A DNA stretch of 64,000 nucleotides from Massalongia carnosa (GCA_965645245.1 OZ287072.1:2046001-2110000); one strand, 5' to 3'; shown: positions 25,160-36,609, numbered from the stretch's first letter. Program-made: numbers and translations. Notes: generated from the sequence alone by a model not told the origin.

Positions 25160-26497
25160 CAGTCCTGTGCCAAAAGTCTGCGGCCCAACCCGTAATTTTC
25201 GTGATTTCGCGTTTTCAACTCATCAACCCCCCATCTTCCACCTCATCATTTCACCATGCTTCGTGCTTCTTTGACCCCCATAAGTGGTAATCGGCCTCGT
25301 AACACTGAATTGACGCCATATCAACGTGGTATGATTGTTGGGGCCCAGGCGTTGGGGCACACACCGACCGAGATTGGGAAGACTCTTAATTTCACTAAAT
25401 CGACCGTGCAGAGCACCATTCAGAAGCACTCAATTCGCAACGACGGCGTATCTAAATCACGTTCTGGACGGCCTGAAGTGCTGTCAGAACGCGATCGACG
25501 TTATATCATCAAGCATGCACGAATCAATCCACGAATCACTTATGCACAAATCAAACTAGAAGTGGGGCTCGGCTGCAGTCGTACGACTATTTATCGGGCA
25601 CTCAAACTGTATGGTTTAACCAACTGGGTGACTAAAAAACGACTTTTATTGACGCCTGAGGTGGCCAAGAAACGATTGGATTGGTGCTTGCTGCGGCGTG
25701 AGTGGACTTTTGAGCAGTGGTCAAGAGTTATATGGTCAGATGAGTGCTCGGTGGAAAAGGGGTCAGGAAAACAGCGTCAGTGGGTGTTCAGATTGCCGAA
25801 AGAAAAATGGAATAAAGAGATGATACAACCTGTCCCCAAAGGCAAAGGAGTCAGTGTCATGGTCTGGGCAGCTTTTTGGGGAGATGACAGGTCAGATCTT
25901 TACAAATTGGCTCGTGATTTTGCTGCGAAGAAGATGGGGTACTCGGCGAACTCATATATGGAATTATTAAACGATAATCTGCTTGGAATTGGGCAACCGG
26001 GCCTCATTTTCATGCAGGATAACGCACCTATACATAAGGCTAAAAAGGTGATGGAATGGTTCAATGAGAACGGCATAGAGGTCATCGATTGGCCCCCCTA
26101 TTCACCTGATTTAAATCCCATCGAGCACGTTTGGTATGTGCTCAAAAAGCTCGTCTATAAAGTCAACCCGAACATAGATTTGGTGATCGGCAGTGATGAA
26201 ACTGTTCGTGAGGTACTTTGGAAAGCGTTAGAAGAAGCCTGGACGTTGATAGATGTGAAAATGATGAGGAGGTTAATAGAGAGCATGAATAGGAGGATAA
26301 AAGCGTGTATAGCGTCGGAAGGATGGTATACTAAATATTAAAAATTAATTTTTGGGGGAATTCTTGTTTAGTATGTATGTAATCATTATGTAAAGTTTCA
26401 AGACATTTCAGCAATCGTGACGTGGTTGATTGTTGATTGAATAGAATGATTGAAATGTTGGTGGGGTGCGGGGCCGCAGACTTTTGGCCTAGTACTG
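25160..26497 (+). mobile_element. Tc1-like DNA transposon (DD34E), full length
   Basis: 27-bp TIRs CAGTCCTGTGCCAAAAGTCTGCGGCCC / CAGTACTAGGCCAAAAGTCTGCGGCCC (3 mismatches), TA at both flanks. Confidence 0.93.
25256..26341 (+). CDS. Tc1-like transposase, uninterrupted 361 aa
   Basis: HTH region (SGRP..LS), WSDECS, MQDNAPIH, WPPYSPDLNPIEHVW; 34 residues between the second D and the E. Confidence 0.93.
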   Translation: MLRASLTPISGNRPRNTELTPYQRGMIVGAQALGHTPTEIGKTLNFTKSTVQSTIQKHSIRNDGVSKSRSGRPEVLSERDRRYIIKHARINPRITYAQIKLEVGLGCSRTTIYRALKLYGLTNWVTKKRLLLTPEVAKKRLDWCLLRREWTFEQWSRVIWSDECSVEKGSGKQRQWVFRLPKEKWNKEMIQPVPKGKGVSVMVWAAFWGDDRSDLYKLARDFAAKKMGYSANSYMELLNDNLLGIGQPGLIFMQDNAPIHKAKKVMEWFNENGIEVIDWPPYSPDLNPIEHVWYVLKKLVYKVNPNIDLVIGSDETVREVLWKALEEAWTLIDVKMMRRLIESMNRRIKACIASEGWYTKY

Positions 26498-26503
26498 TAT
26501 GTA

Positions 26504-27837
26504 CAAGGTTGGGTGACATTGGTCCGTGCCCCCCCCCTAAATTTCGAAAAACTGCCCCTTCTACCACCATTTTACATTGATCATTCGTCAATCACATGGC
26601 TATTACACGCAGTTTTCGAAGTCCCCGTAAACGAGGTGGCTATCATGCTTTAGAATGGGGTACGCCCATTAAAAATCAATGCTACGGTCGCATGGACGCA
26701 GGGCAATCACTACATAGAATTCATGCTGTCACAGGGGTGCATCGGGACACTCTTCGTAAATGGCGAAAACAGCGCGATATTGGAAACACAGTCAGAAGAA
26801 AAGGTGCTGAACGGGCTGGAAAAGCACGAAAAGTCTCCTATTGGGAAATCAAAAAGGTGCTCAATTGGGTGCTAAAGGAGAAATACTCTGGAAGACGTAT
26901 GTCATTTGCTCAGTTATGCAAACGTCACAATTTACCAATTCATCCTCGAACTCTCGCACGACGTTTAGCTCAATTGGGCTATCGCAAATGCACTGCATGC
27001 CCGAAACCTTTCATCAATGAAAAGAATCAAAAAATTCGACTCGCTTTCTCTGTAAAGTTCGAGAACTGGACGCATGCCTGGAAACGACTTCGATTCAGTG
27101 ATGAGAGCACGTTTTACACGGGCAAACATAAAAAGGATCAAATTCTTCGCAAGGCGGATGAACGATACTGTCTTGATTGCATTCAGACTCGTTTTCGGAG
27201 TGGTAGAACGTCGTTTTCAGTATGGGGAATGGTGGGGTGGGGGTATAAATCAAAACTGGTGTTTTTGCAGAATCTCTCCGGGGCCAGGGGGGGAATGACC
27301 AAAGAAGACTATATAAAACAGGTGCTACTACCTGTCGTTTCTCCGTACTTTCAGGAGAGCAATTATATTTCTCCTTATGAACGTACGGAGCATTCCCTTC
27401 ATGCCCGAGAGTTCGGTGAAATTCTCTTTCAGGAGGATAGAAATCGAGCCCATGGTTTGGGGTTTGGAAAGCGAAATCTTTCACAACTGAAAGACTCATT
27501 CAAAATTCCTTTGTTTAATGATGGAGCATGGCCTCCATGCTCACTAGATCTCAACATAATCGAGAATGTTTGGAGGATAATCAAGCAACGAATCGGAAGT
27601 TATGACATGGTTATCACTACTCTGGATGACATGAAGAAGGCCGTTCAGCACGAATGGAACGAGGTAAAACAAGAGGAAATTTGATAATTTGGTAGCTAAA
27701 ATGCCTTCTCGTATAAAGCAATGTAAAGATAGAGAAGGTAACGCAACAAAATGGTAGAAATGAAGATGTTTTGTTGTTGTTTTGTGACTGTTTTTCGAAA
27801 TTTGGGGGGGGGGCACGGACCAATGTCACCCAACCGG
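26504..27837 (+). mobile_element. Tc1-like DNA transposon (DD41E), full length, right tip degenerate
   Basis: ~46-bp TIRs GGTTGGGTGACATTGGTCCGTG-C(9-10)-AAATTTCGAAAAAC at 26507-26552 and 27790-27835. TA precedes the left end; the right terminal bases and TSD are not conserved. Confidence 0.9.
26596..27757 (+). pseudogene. Tc1-like transposase with a C-terminal frameshift
   Basis: FSDESTF, FQEDRNRAHG, WPPCSLDLNIIENVW. Removing one T at ~27680-27682 extends the frame to EEIDNLVAKMPSRIKQCKDREGNATKW*, a typical Tc1 C-terminus. Confidence 0.85.
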
Positions 27838-30738
27838 TCTGCGTAGGCAAGCGATCTGCGTCCGCAACCTACGACCGTTAGCTGTTATTATTCATACCAT
27901 AGATAGATATCAACTGCACATCCTAACTGCTCATTTATCAACCGGGAATGCATTATATTTTTTCCAATTTCACCAGTTTTATCACCTATTTATAACTCAT
28001 TTGCGACGCCGTCTCATCATGATTTGCAACCTCCATTTGCTTTATTTTCAACCTCATTACACCTCGTATGGAGGCAGCTAAGCGAGGCCGACGATTACTT
28101 CGAAAAAAAAAACCCCCCGACAGTGCCCTGTAAAAGAAAAGAAAAAAAGCCATTTCTCCGTAAAGTGGTGTTGTATTCAGTTGCTCATTTGAAGGCTGTT
28201 TTCTTTCTTTCTACTTTTCTACTTTTGGAGGGGATGGGAAGGAGGAGGAGTTGGGGTACATATGCGGAAAATTAGGGTGTGGATGTGTAATTAAAATTTC
28301 TATATATACGGCCCGTATTTTTACGTGTTTACCTTTTTTATCCTTTTATATGTAAAACATCTTGAGATAAAAGGGGAAAGGGGGGGGGGGGGGGTAAAGG
28401 TAAGGAAGAGGTGGATTATTTCTTTATATTTTGTTCTTACAAGGTTTTTCTTCTCCTTTTTTCTTCTTCATCGCTATTCCCACTACTCCTCCTGCTACTC
28501 ATTCTCATTCTCATTCTTGTCTTTTCCTTCTCTTATTCCCTCCTAATCCATCCACCCCCCCTTACCTTTCCTCTCCTTCTCTTCCGTTTTTCGAATTCCT
28601 ACATCTCCAAGCCCTCTCCCTTTTTCCTTTCCTTTCTTTGTGACAAAAGACGATTCGCAATCAGAGAAAAACAAGGGAGGGAAGGAAAAAGGACCAATAA
28701 TTGGATGGATGGATACAGGAGGAGACGAATGATGAATGGATTGGTTAGCTAGGGGTTATTTGAACGACGCAGGAATGGAAGAGCAGGATAATTGAAAATG
28801 AAAGAAACAGAAAAAGAGAAGGCATAACAAGGAAGCTAGACGTCCTCCAAGCCTCTAGTTGCACACCAAATAGATCCTTTCTCCTTCATCTTCCCCCTAA
28901 CCCCCGCCCCCCTCAACCTCCAACAAAAACAAACGAAGATAAGAAACAAACTGACATGAAAGATTTCCCCCCTCCTCCCTTTCCCAGCCCCCCACTCCCA
29001 CAAAGAAGGAACAACGTGAAAATCACTGAAAATAGCTCGACAGAACCAAGGAAAGCAAAAAAAGGAGAAGGAAAGATAACATGGGATATGCCAGTGGCTA
29101 GTAGAAAAGGAGACGATACGTAGATACGTACGCCTCAATCGTTCCCCATCCCTTGCTTGGTATGTATGTACCAGGATCTCTCCCCCCACAGCCCTTCTCT
29201 TCTCCAGTGGGAAGTGTAAGGGGTAAATAAACAAGCAAATAAATAAATACCAAAAAAGGGGGGGTGGAGTGGGGGTTACCCTAGGTATGTAAGTGGGGGT
29301 AGAGAGATATACCTGTACGGAGTACCAGTACATAGATACCTGTGCAAATCACACCCGAGCTCACCAATCCTACTCTGCTGATTGGATACATGCTTTTTCC
29401 TTAGTCGTTACTGGAGTTATCAGATCGGCCCGACTGCCAACCGGCGGCTTCCATTTGCGTGGTTTTTTCTGGGTTAGGCTTAGGTTCGGTTGTGACAATC
29501 TACCTATCTTACCTTAGTCCGTATGTGTTAGTAAATATGTATTAGTATGTATTAGGTTGTATTTTTCCGTTTCCCTTAAACTTTCGCAACACACCCACCT
29601 CCCGTGCCCTACCTACTACCTACATATCCATCCAATTCCACTACCGGCATAGGTAACATTTCCCTGGCCCATCAGATACCGCAATTGATGCTGGCGAGTG
29701 TACATGTACCGCTGCAATGCAAGCCTGCGTCAGATAACAACTACCTTTCCTACATCCGTATGTAGCACAGAGATGCAGATGACCGATAGCTAAACAGCTT
29801 TGGCACAGTGCCGTAGCTAGTTAGGTAGCGACCAAACATTCTAAATTCTCCACATTCGTGACGAAGCGACGCAAGAAAAGAACTGATCTCGTGGTCGTGG
29901 GATCCTTTTCATCTCGTCAAGATCTAGATTTTTCAGTACTGTCATTACATGATGCCTCTATTTGAGTCCGGGGGGGAAAGCCATTGGCGCGCCTGCCATC
30001 ATGACAGCGCGTTTTCCGCCATTGCCGTGTGTGTATTTTATTGGTGTGTGTGCTAAAGTTGTTTAGTGGATCCGCCACGAGGAGGTATTGCATGAGAGGG
30101 AAAGCCCATCCCCCCCCAAAAAACAAAGCACACGAGCAACCATCGCATCACCATTGGGGCAGTTTCAGAATCCCCTTCTCCACCGCGGGAAATCTGGAAA
30201 TGAACGGACATCTCCTGGAGTAAACCGTGACAAATATGGGAGCCAGTGATGTGCGCGCGCGAAGAAGGAAAGGGGGGAAAGTAAATGCCGCAATTCCAGA
30301 TAGCTGCTGTTCGTAAAACCAATTTAAGAGGAAAGTAAAGTCCTGAAGGAAAGAAGAGAGATCGGAGATCGAAAGGTCGCAAAACTAAATCGTCATCACA
30401 TGCCAAACGCTTCCCCATCATCCCCTCCACTACACCTTTTCACCTGCGAAAACCCCCAGTCGGAGAGGAAAGAAAACGTGTGAGAGGATTCGATCTGATC
30501 CATCCTATACGACACAACACGAGGTAATCATCAATCACACCGTCATCACTTTATTATTTCTTCCACAACCTAAAAAAAATATTTCATTCCCGAGACACTA
30601 AGCGACTGCCCAATCGAGTTCTCCCAATCCGCGATAGCCACCGGAGACCATAGTAAATTGCCATGGTCATGTGGGTAGGCACGCGACCGCTGCGAGTGAA
30701 TTGAGGAAGATTGATCTTGGGGCTAACGCTACCAAGCC

Positions 30739-32286
30739 ATGGAATTTACTGTAAGTTCGCGTCTGAGACTTGGCTACATGGGATGCACCAGACGTCCAAG
30801 CAGGGATGCGATCACGATGCATCGTTGAGGGGGAAGGGGGGCATAAGGGGCTGGAGACATGGTGGTCGCCTTCCTGCGCCGTCGATCGTCGCAGATCGCG
30901 CGCGTTCGCCTGATGTTCCCTCCCTGGCAAGTGCGCGGCGGTGATGGTACCCGCGGTCCTGGGTGTTAATAGTGCGCGGTGACGCTTTCGTCTTGCTGTG
31001 GCTAATCCCTACCCCGGTGTTGACAGCTTTCTCTTGCGCATTTCTGCGAAAACGATGGTCCGACATCGATCCTATGTACACAAGTGCTCCCGGTGTCCTG
31101 CGGGGAGTGTTGGCCGAGTGCGTCGCGGTCATCATCGATCCGGGCCATGGCCGGTGGTGGCGGTGCCGAGCCAGATGGAGAGCCAGAGAGATTGACGGCA
31201 AGAGGGTCTTCACCGAGACGTGACCTGGGCTTGGATGGAAGCTCCTTCGATATGGCGGATTTACATGAGGCCCTTCTGGTGGAATCTGCAACCTCCCCAG
31301 CCGAGACGATGCGGGGCCAGAGTGAACCTCGGGGTAGGAGCTTGGAAACCAAAGGGTATAAGCCATACAAGGTCCTTGGTGATGATGGCGGATGTGTGAG
31401 CTGTTCCATCAGTCTCCCGGAAGACACCATTTCTCAGCTTCCATCTTGGGCACCAGGAAGCCCAAAGAAGGACGGGACTGGTAGGAACGGTAGTCCGGTA
31501 ATGCGTACAACGGAAAAGGTCTTTGCGCACTGGAGCCAGCACTGCGGACTAGACGCGGAAATCGATTCCAAGTTCCATCAATCTTTGCCAGAATCTTTGG
31601 CTTCGAACACATCCATATTATCAGGCCATCCCCATGAGCTCATATATCGAACCACTTCAAGCCCGATTGATCCGAATACATATTCAATCCTTCGCCGATC
31701 CACCATCCGCACTCTTTCCTGCGAGCAGCTACCTCGCGGCCTCACCGCCGGAGCCCTTTCCTTCTTTGATCCAGCCGATGGTCACACTGTGGCGTTTAAG
31801 TTCCGGCTATCCGACCCTCACGCTCGAGGCTCTCAGCGATATTATGCCTTGATAGCTCTCATCGGACATGATTCCACGCGCATGAGTAAAACTACCCCCA
31901 TTATATGGCGAGCTTTCAAACGGATTGCAGCCGGCATTATGGCCCGAACCGAGAAAGTCATCGCGCAAGGGAAACTCTCCGAGAATAGCCGCGGAGGCCG
32001 CAAACCGCCTTTACCCGTCTCATCTTTTCTCACCGGACGCACGCTTGACCCCGATGGGTATCCTAGGCGCAGCGGAGCGTTCAACATGAGAGCGCGGGGA
32101 CTAGCTGAGATGGTGGGAGATGAGCTGATATTTGCCCATGTTCATGGGGAATTTACCTACCTGCTTCAGAGTCTCTGCAGGCAAGTTGGCGAGGTGGCTT
32201 ACAAGGCTCCCGCAGCCCGAAGTAAAATCGAGGACAGCTTCCACGACAGCCCTTATCGATCTTTAGGAGACGTTCCAGCAGGATAG
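30739..32286 (+). CDS. LST7: Folliculin/Lst7 family protein, 2 exons
   Basis: MEFT|LSLAHFCENDGPTSILCTQVLP through intron 30751-31026 (GTAAGT...GCTAAT...CAG). Motifs CVSC, IRTLSCEQLP, FRLSDPHARG..RYYALI, ARGLAEMVG. Confidence 0.85.
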
Positions 32287-33030
32287 GCCTCATCAACATT
32301 TGTCTTTGCCTCGCAGTTTTGTGTGGTTTATGTAAGGCATGCGAAGGCTATGAAGTATCTATTTGCCGAAGTCTTTATTCCATCTGATTCATCTCGAACT
32401 GAGCAGCATGCTCGCAATAGCTTTGCATTCGGCTTTCGCGTCTGAGAACGTTAGGCTATGGCATGGATAGAGAGGATATAACTTCTTCACTTTCCATCCT
32501 CCATTGTGAAGGAATTGTTCCTAGCCTGGCAGCGATCGGGTCATGCAAGATTTGTTTGCGACGAGTCACGTCGACGACGATGGTGGGCTCCTGCATCCTC
32601 AGCCGATGTGCTACGATTTAGCGGCCCATTAGATTTCCTTTATTGTGTGATGATACCCTTTTGATGTTCGATCGACTTCTCATAGATTTCTCAGGCATTC
32701 GGCCTGGTGAAGGATGCTCAACGTACACGGAGTAATAAAAACAGAAGTAGTTAACTGAAAGATCTTTGTCCTTGGGATTCCACCAATGATGTAATTCTGC
32801 TGGTAGATGTCGTGCTCCTGAAAAAGTAAGTAGCACAGTAGGTACAGAGTAGATTGTTTCACCTCAGCGGACTAGGACTTTTGATACTCCACACTTGTGC
32901 ATATCGATTCCTTCGGATTTGATTCCGCACTCTGCGCACTGTCGGAAGAGCTCCGTGAAGCCATCGCCAAAAATCCCTTTCTGCCAAATCAACCTCATCA
33001 ACCTCATCATCGCACAACCCCTCAAGCATC

Positions 33031-34153
33031 ATGGGTATCGCCTTTGATCACGCGCCAAAAAGGCCAGAACACATCGATACCATCCTCAACGGCCTTGATC
33101 GGTACAATCCCGAAACCACCAGCGTGTTCCAAGACTACGTTACGCAGCAATGCGAAGACCGTACTTATGACTGCTATGCCAACCTAGCGCTCCTAAAGCT
33201 GTAAGCCTCACGCTTTTTATCTCTCGTGCTTTTACTATCTCATAAAGCAACAAGGCGGGCGAGAATTCCATGATGATCAAGATTTAACGTTTCCTATTAC
33301 CTGACCGAGCACGCTCGAGGCCTTGAATCAGCCCCCCGCAACTCCTGAAGACAGAAAACTATTAGCTCTATCTGAATCCCCCCAATCCCCCGCTTCCCCC
33401 CATCAATCACCCTTAGTCCAAAAACACTAAGCTAACACCAACTCCCACCCCAACTTCCCCCCCAAAACAGCTACCAATTCAATCCCCACCTTACCCGCGA
33501 CGAACCCACCACCAACATCCTCGTCAAGGCCCTCACCGTCTTCCCCTCTCCGGACTTCAGCCTCTGCCTCCATCTCCTCCCCCCACACATCCTCTCCCCC
33601 CAACTGTCCACATCCTCCGCCCTCCCCGCTGCCGGCGACGCCCCCCTCTCTGAAGCCGTGCAGAAGCTCACCACCCTCAACACGCTCCTCGCGCAAGCCG
33701 ACTACAAGGGATTCTGGACCACCCTCGACAGCGACGATCTGTACGCCGACCTCATCGCCGACGTGTCCGGCTTCGAGGAGCTGATGCGCGTGCGGATCGC
33801 CGTCACGGTCGGCCAGAGCTGTCGCGAAGTGAGGAGGGAGGTCATGGAGGGGTGGCTCAGCTTGCATGGCAAGGATTTTGAGCGCTTCGTGTTGGACATT
33901 TGCGGGTGGGACATTGACGATATAGTTCCCGGCGGGAAGGGAGGCGTGGTGGTGGTGCCGGTGAACAAGGAGAACGAGGCCAAGGGCACGGTGGTGAGGG
34001 AGAATGTCCAGTTCGATCGTGAGTTTTTCTTCCCCTTCCTTGCCTTTTATCCCTCATCACAAATTATTCAATCGATGAACAAAAATGCTAACGCCTCGCC
34101 CTTTTCAAGAATTCGCTCGCGTCATCCGCCGCGCTTACGAGCAGCCAGCCTAA
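33031..34153 (+). CDS. eIF3k: Translation initiation factor 3 subunit K, 3 exons
   Basis: [76 protein letters not shown]. Introns 33201-33470 and 34019-34109. Confidence 0.93.
33266..33351 (+). ncRNA. Intronic box C/D snoRNA, predicted guide for 25S rRNA 2'-O-methylation
   Basis: Box C ATGATGA 33270-76, box D' CTGA 33301-04, box D CTGA 33345-48. The 13-nt element ACGTTTCCTATTA (33287-99) pairs with conserved LSU rRNA UAAUAGGGAACGU with one G-U pair. Lies in an unusually long 270-nt intron. Confidence 0.8.
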
Positions 34154-34642
34154 CTATATTCACCCCCTTCCAATCCCTCCTTCCGGTTTGGTACCCGTCC
34201 CACAACCAGATTTCAGTGATCCAGTCCACTTCCGCCTCTAAAGTCTCCCGTCAAAAAGGAAATCCTGTGGCCTCCCCTCCTCTACCAAACACCCCAAAGC
34301 TCCTCCTCCCCCCCCCGGGGAAAACATCCCTACTGTGCATTCCGCCTAAGGCCCCTTCCTATATCCGCTCGAAAATTCATCCCAGCACGAAACATACCCG
34401 TTCTCCGTTGCGAAAGGCGGCAGTCTCCGGTTTGCTTAGCGTGTCAGACTGTATAGGGGTTGGAAGACAGGAACCAATTGCGTTGAAATCTAATTTCATT
34501 CCAATGATAAGGGCCTCTTTCCCTCGTCTAAAGTCTACTTGTATTTACACCCCCTCACTCCTCCCTTTCCTCCCTTTCCCCAGAATGTCTACTTCTCAAA
34601 AGAAACAACTCCCCAAATTTCATTCCATGTCCCCTACTGGTC

Positions 34643-36417
34643 CTATGCTCTTACTAATAAACTTACTCCTGTCATCTCCTCCGGCTGCCCCAAGCCCATC
34701 GCATCCAGCACCGTCGGCGCCACATCGCCCAGCACGCCATCACGAGTCTTTAAACTCCAACCTTGCGGCGCGTTAGCCATGACGAAGGGCACCTTGTTAG
34801 TCGTGTGCGAGGTCTTGGGCTGGCCGTGCTCGTTGAGCATTTCTTCCGCGTTGCTGTTTTGCCCCAATGGTATTGTTTAGCTGCAACGTCCCCTCAAGGA
34901 ACGGAGCCGAAAATAGAAAGGAATAAAGGCTTACCCGTGATCGGCCGTGACGAACAGCACAAATCCCTCCTTCTTGCACGTCTCGTATACCTGCCCGATT
35001 GCCTCGTCGGTCGCTGCAACGCCTTGGATCGCGGCCTTGTACACGCCTGTATGGCCTACCATATCCGGCGGCGCGAAATTGTTCATCAAAAACTCATACT
35101 TGCCCTCCCTGATGCGCTCGCACAACTTGTCCGCGACACCCTTGGCGCTCATCCGTGGCTCGAGGTCGTACGTGGCGACCTTGGGCGAGGGCACCATGTC
35201 GCGGTCCTCGCCAGGAAATTGCTTCTCGACGCCGCCGTTGAAGAAGAATGTGACGTGGGCGTACTTTTCCGTTTCAGCAACGTGGCACTGCTTCAGGCCT
35301 TTGGATGCGAGATACTCGGCTAGCACGTTGCCCATGTGTTGTGGACGAAAAGCAATAGGGAAAGGGTAGTCGGTTTTGTATTGCGTCATTGTTGTAAGGG
35401 CGATATTGGCAGGATAGGGGAAGTCGGGTTTGGGGGTGCGGTCGATGTCGCCAAGGAGTTGGGTAACCTCGCGGACGCGATCGGAGCGGTAGTTGAAGAA
35501 GAAAAGGGTATCATTCTCTGAGGCTGGGGTTAGTTTGCTAGAATAGGAACAGTATGCGATAGGAGATAAGGGTGAGAGTTCAGAGAACCTTGTACTCGCC
35601 CTTCTTGGCCGCCAACTATAATGGGGTTTAAGAATTCGTCGTTTTCGCCTTTGGAGTAGCGTTCCTCGATCGTTGCGACTGGATCAGTACTTGCCTCTCC
35701 TTCACCAGAGACCACCCCTTTCAGACCAATCTCTACTCTGTCCCATCTCTTGTCACGATCCATAATGTAGTAACGCCCGACGACGGTAGCGATTTTTCCA
35801 ATCCCTAGCTCTTCTAGTTTGGCGAGTAGTTGCTTCATATAGCCAGCACCAGACTTGGGATCAGTATCTCGGCCGTCCCCAAAAAAGTGGATGAAGACTT
35901 TGGGAACACCCATTTCTTTAGCCACCTGCAGAAGGCCAAACAGGTGGTTTATATGCGAGTGGACTCCACCGTCTGAGACTAAGCCTAATAGATGTAACCT
36001 TCCGTTGCCGTCAATCGCCCTCTGGAAGCTATCGGTAAGAGTCTTAACTTTGTTGAACTCGCCCTTTCGCAATGTCTGATCTATCCGGACAACGTCTTGC
36101 CATACAACTCTTCCAGCACCAATGTTTAAATGTCCAACTTCACTATTACCCATGAGACCTTCTGGTAATCCGACGGCCAGCGAAGAGGCTTCAAGCTCCG
36201 TGTATCCTTGCGCTGTTTTTGAGTTTTCTGCTGAGAACGAGTCCATATTAGGGGTTTCTGCTGCAGCAATTGCATCGCCATCTTTGGGCGAGGACTCGCT
36301 GGGGATGCCCCATCCGTCAATGACGACTGAGAGACAAGTTAATCAATCAAATGAACCCTTAGGCATTTTGCCTTCATTCTACTCACCGAGCACCGCCTTT
36401 TGCTGTATATTGACCAT
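34643..36417 (-). CDS. gpmI: 2,3-bisphosphoglycerate-independent phosphoglycerate mutase, 4 exons
   Basis: VIDGWG, GLMGNSEVGHLNIGAGR, VSDGGVHSH, DGRDT, GRYYIMDRD, AETEKYAHVTFFFNGG, PDMVGHTG, TADHG|NAE. Confidence 0.95.
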
Positions 36418-36609
36418 GTTCAATTGAAGCTCTTACAATAAACGATCGAAGAAATTTGCTCAGTGAATTTATCGAGATACCATCTTTATCTTAGTGGGGG
36501 CGGGGTTTAGTTCTGATTATGTAATAAAGTCGTAAAAGAGTTGTCGATTCTTGTTTTGGCCAAAATTGATTCAGACACGTCTTGCGACTTGATCCAAGTA
36601 TACTCCACC

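Noticed and set aside
21874..27851. GTAGGCAAG direct repeat on both sides of the transposon array, suggesting a 9-bp TSD of a larger element
   Set aside because: No TIRs adjoin the repeats, and 9-mer matches are common by chance at this scale.
28024..30430. Many short hydrophobic or Lys/Arg-rich ORFs (also at 52.8-53.4 kb)
   Set aside because: They arise from low-complexity purine/pyrimidine tracts and show no domain or splice support.
30809..30819. CGATCACGATG shared between the LST7 intron and the frq upstream region (59343-59353)
   Set aside because: Many shared 11-mers are expected by chance in 64 kb.
32640..32830. GTGATGA...CTGA and ATGATGT...CTGA pairs between LST7 and eIF3k
   Set aside because: No recognisable rRNA complementarity or terminal stem, so not called as snoRNA.
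33658..34776. 372-aa ORF in the ORF track
   Set aside because: It is eIF3k exon 2 reading through intron 2 and the 3' UTR; the spliced model ends at 34153.
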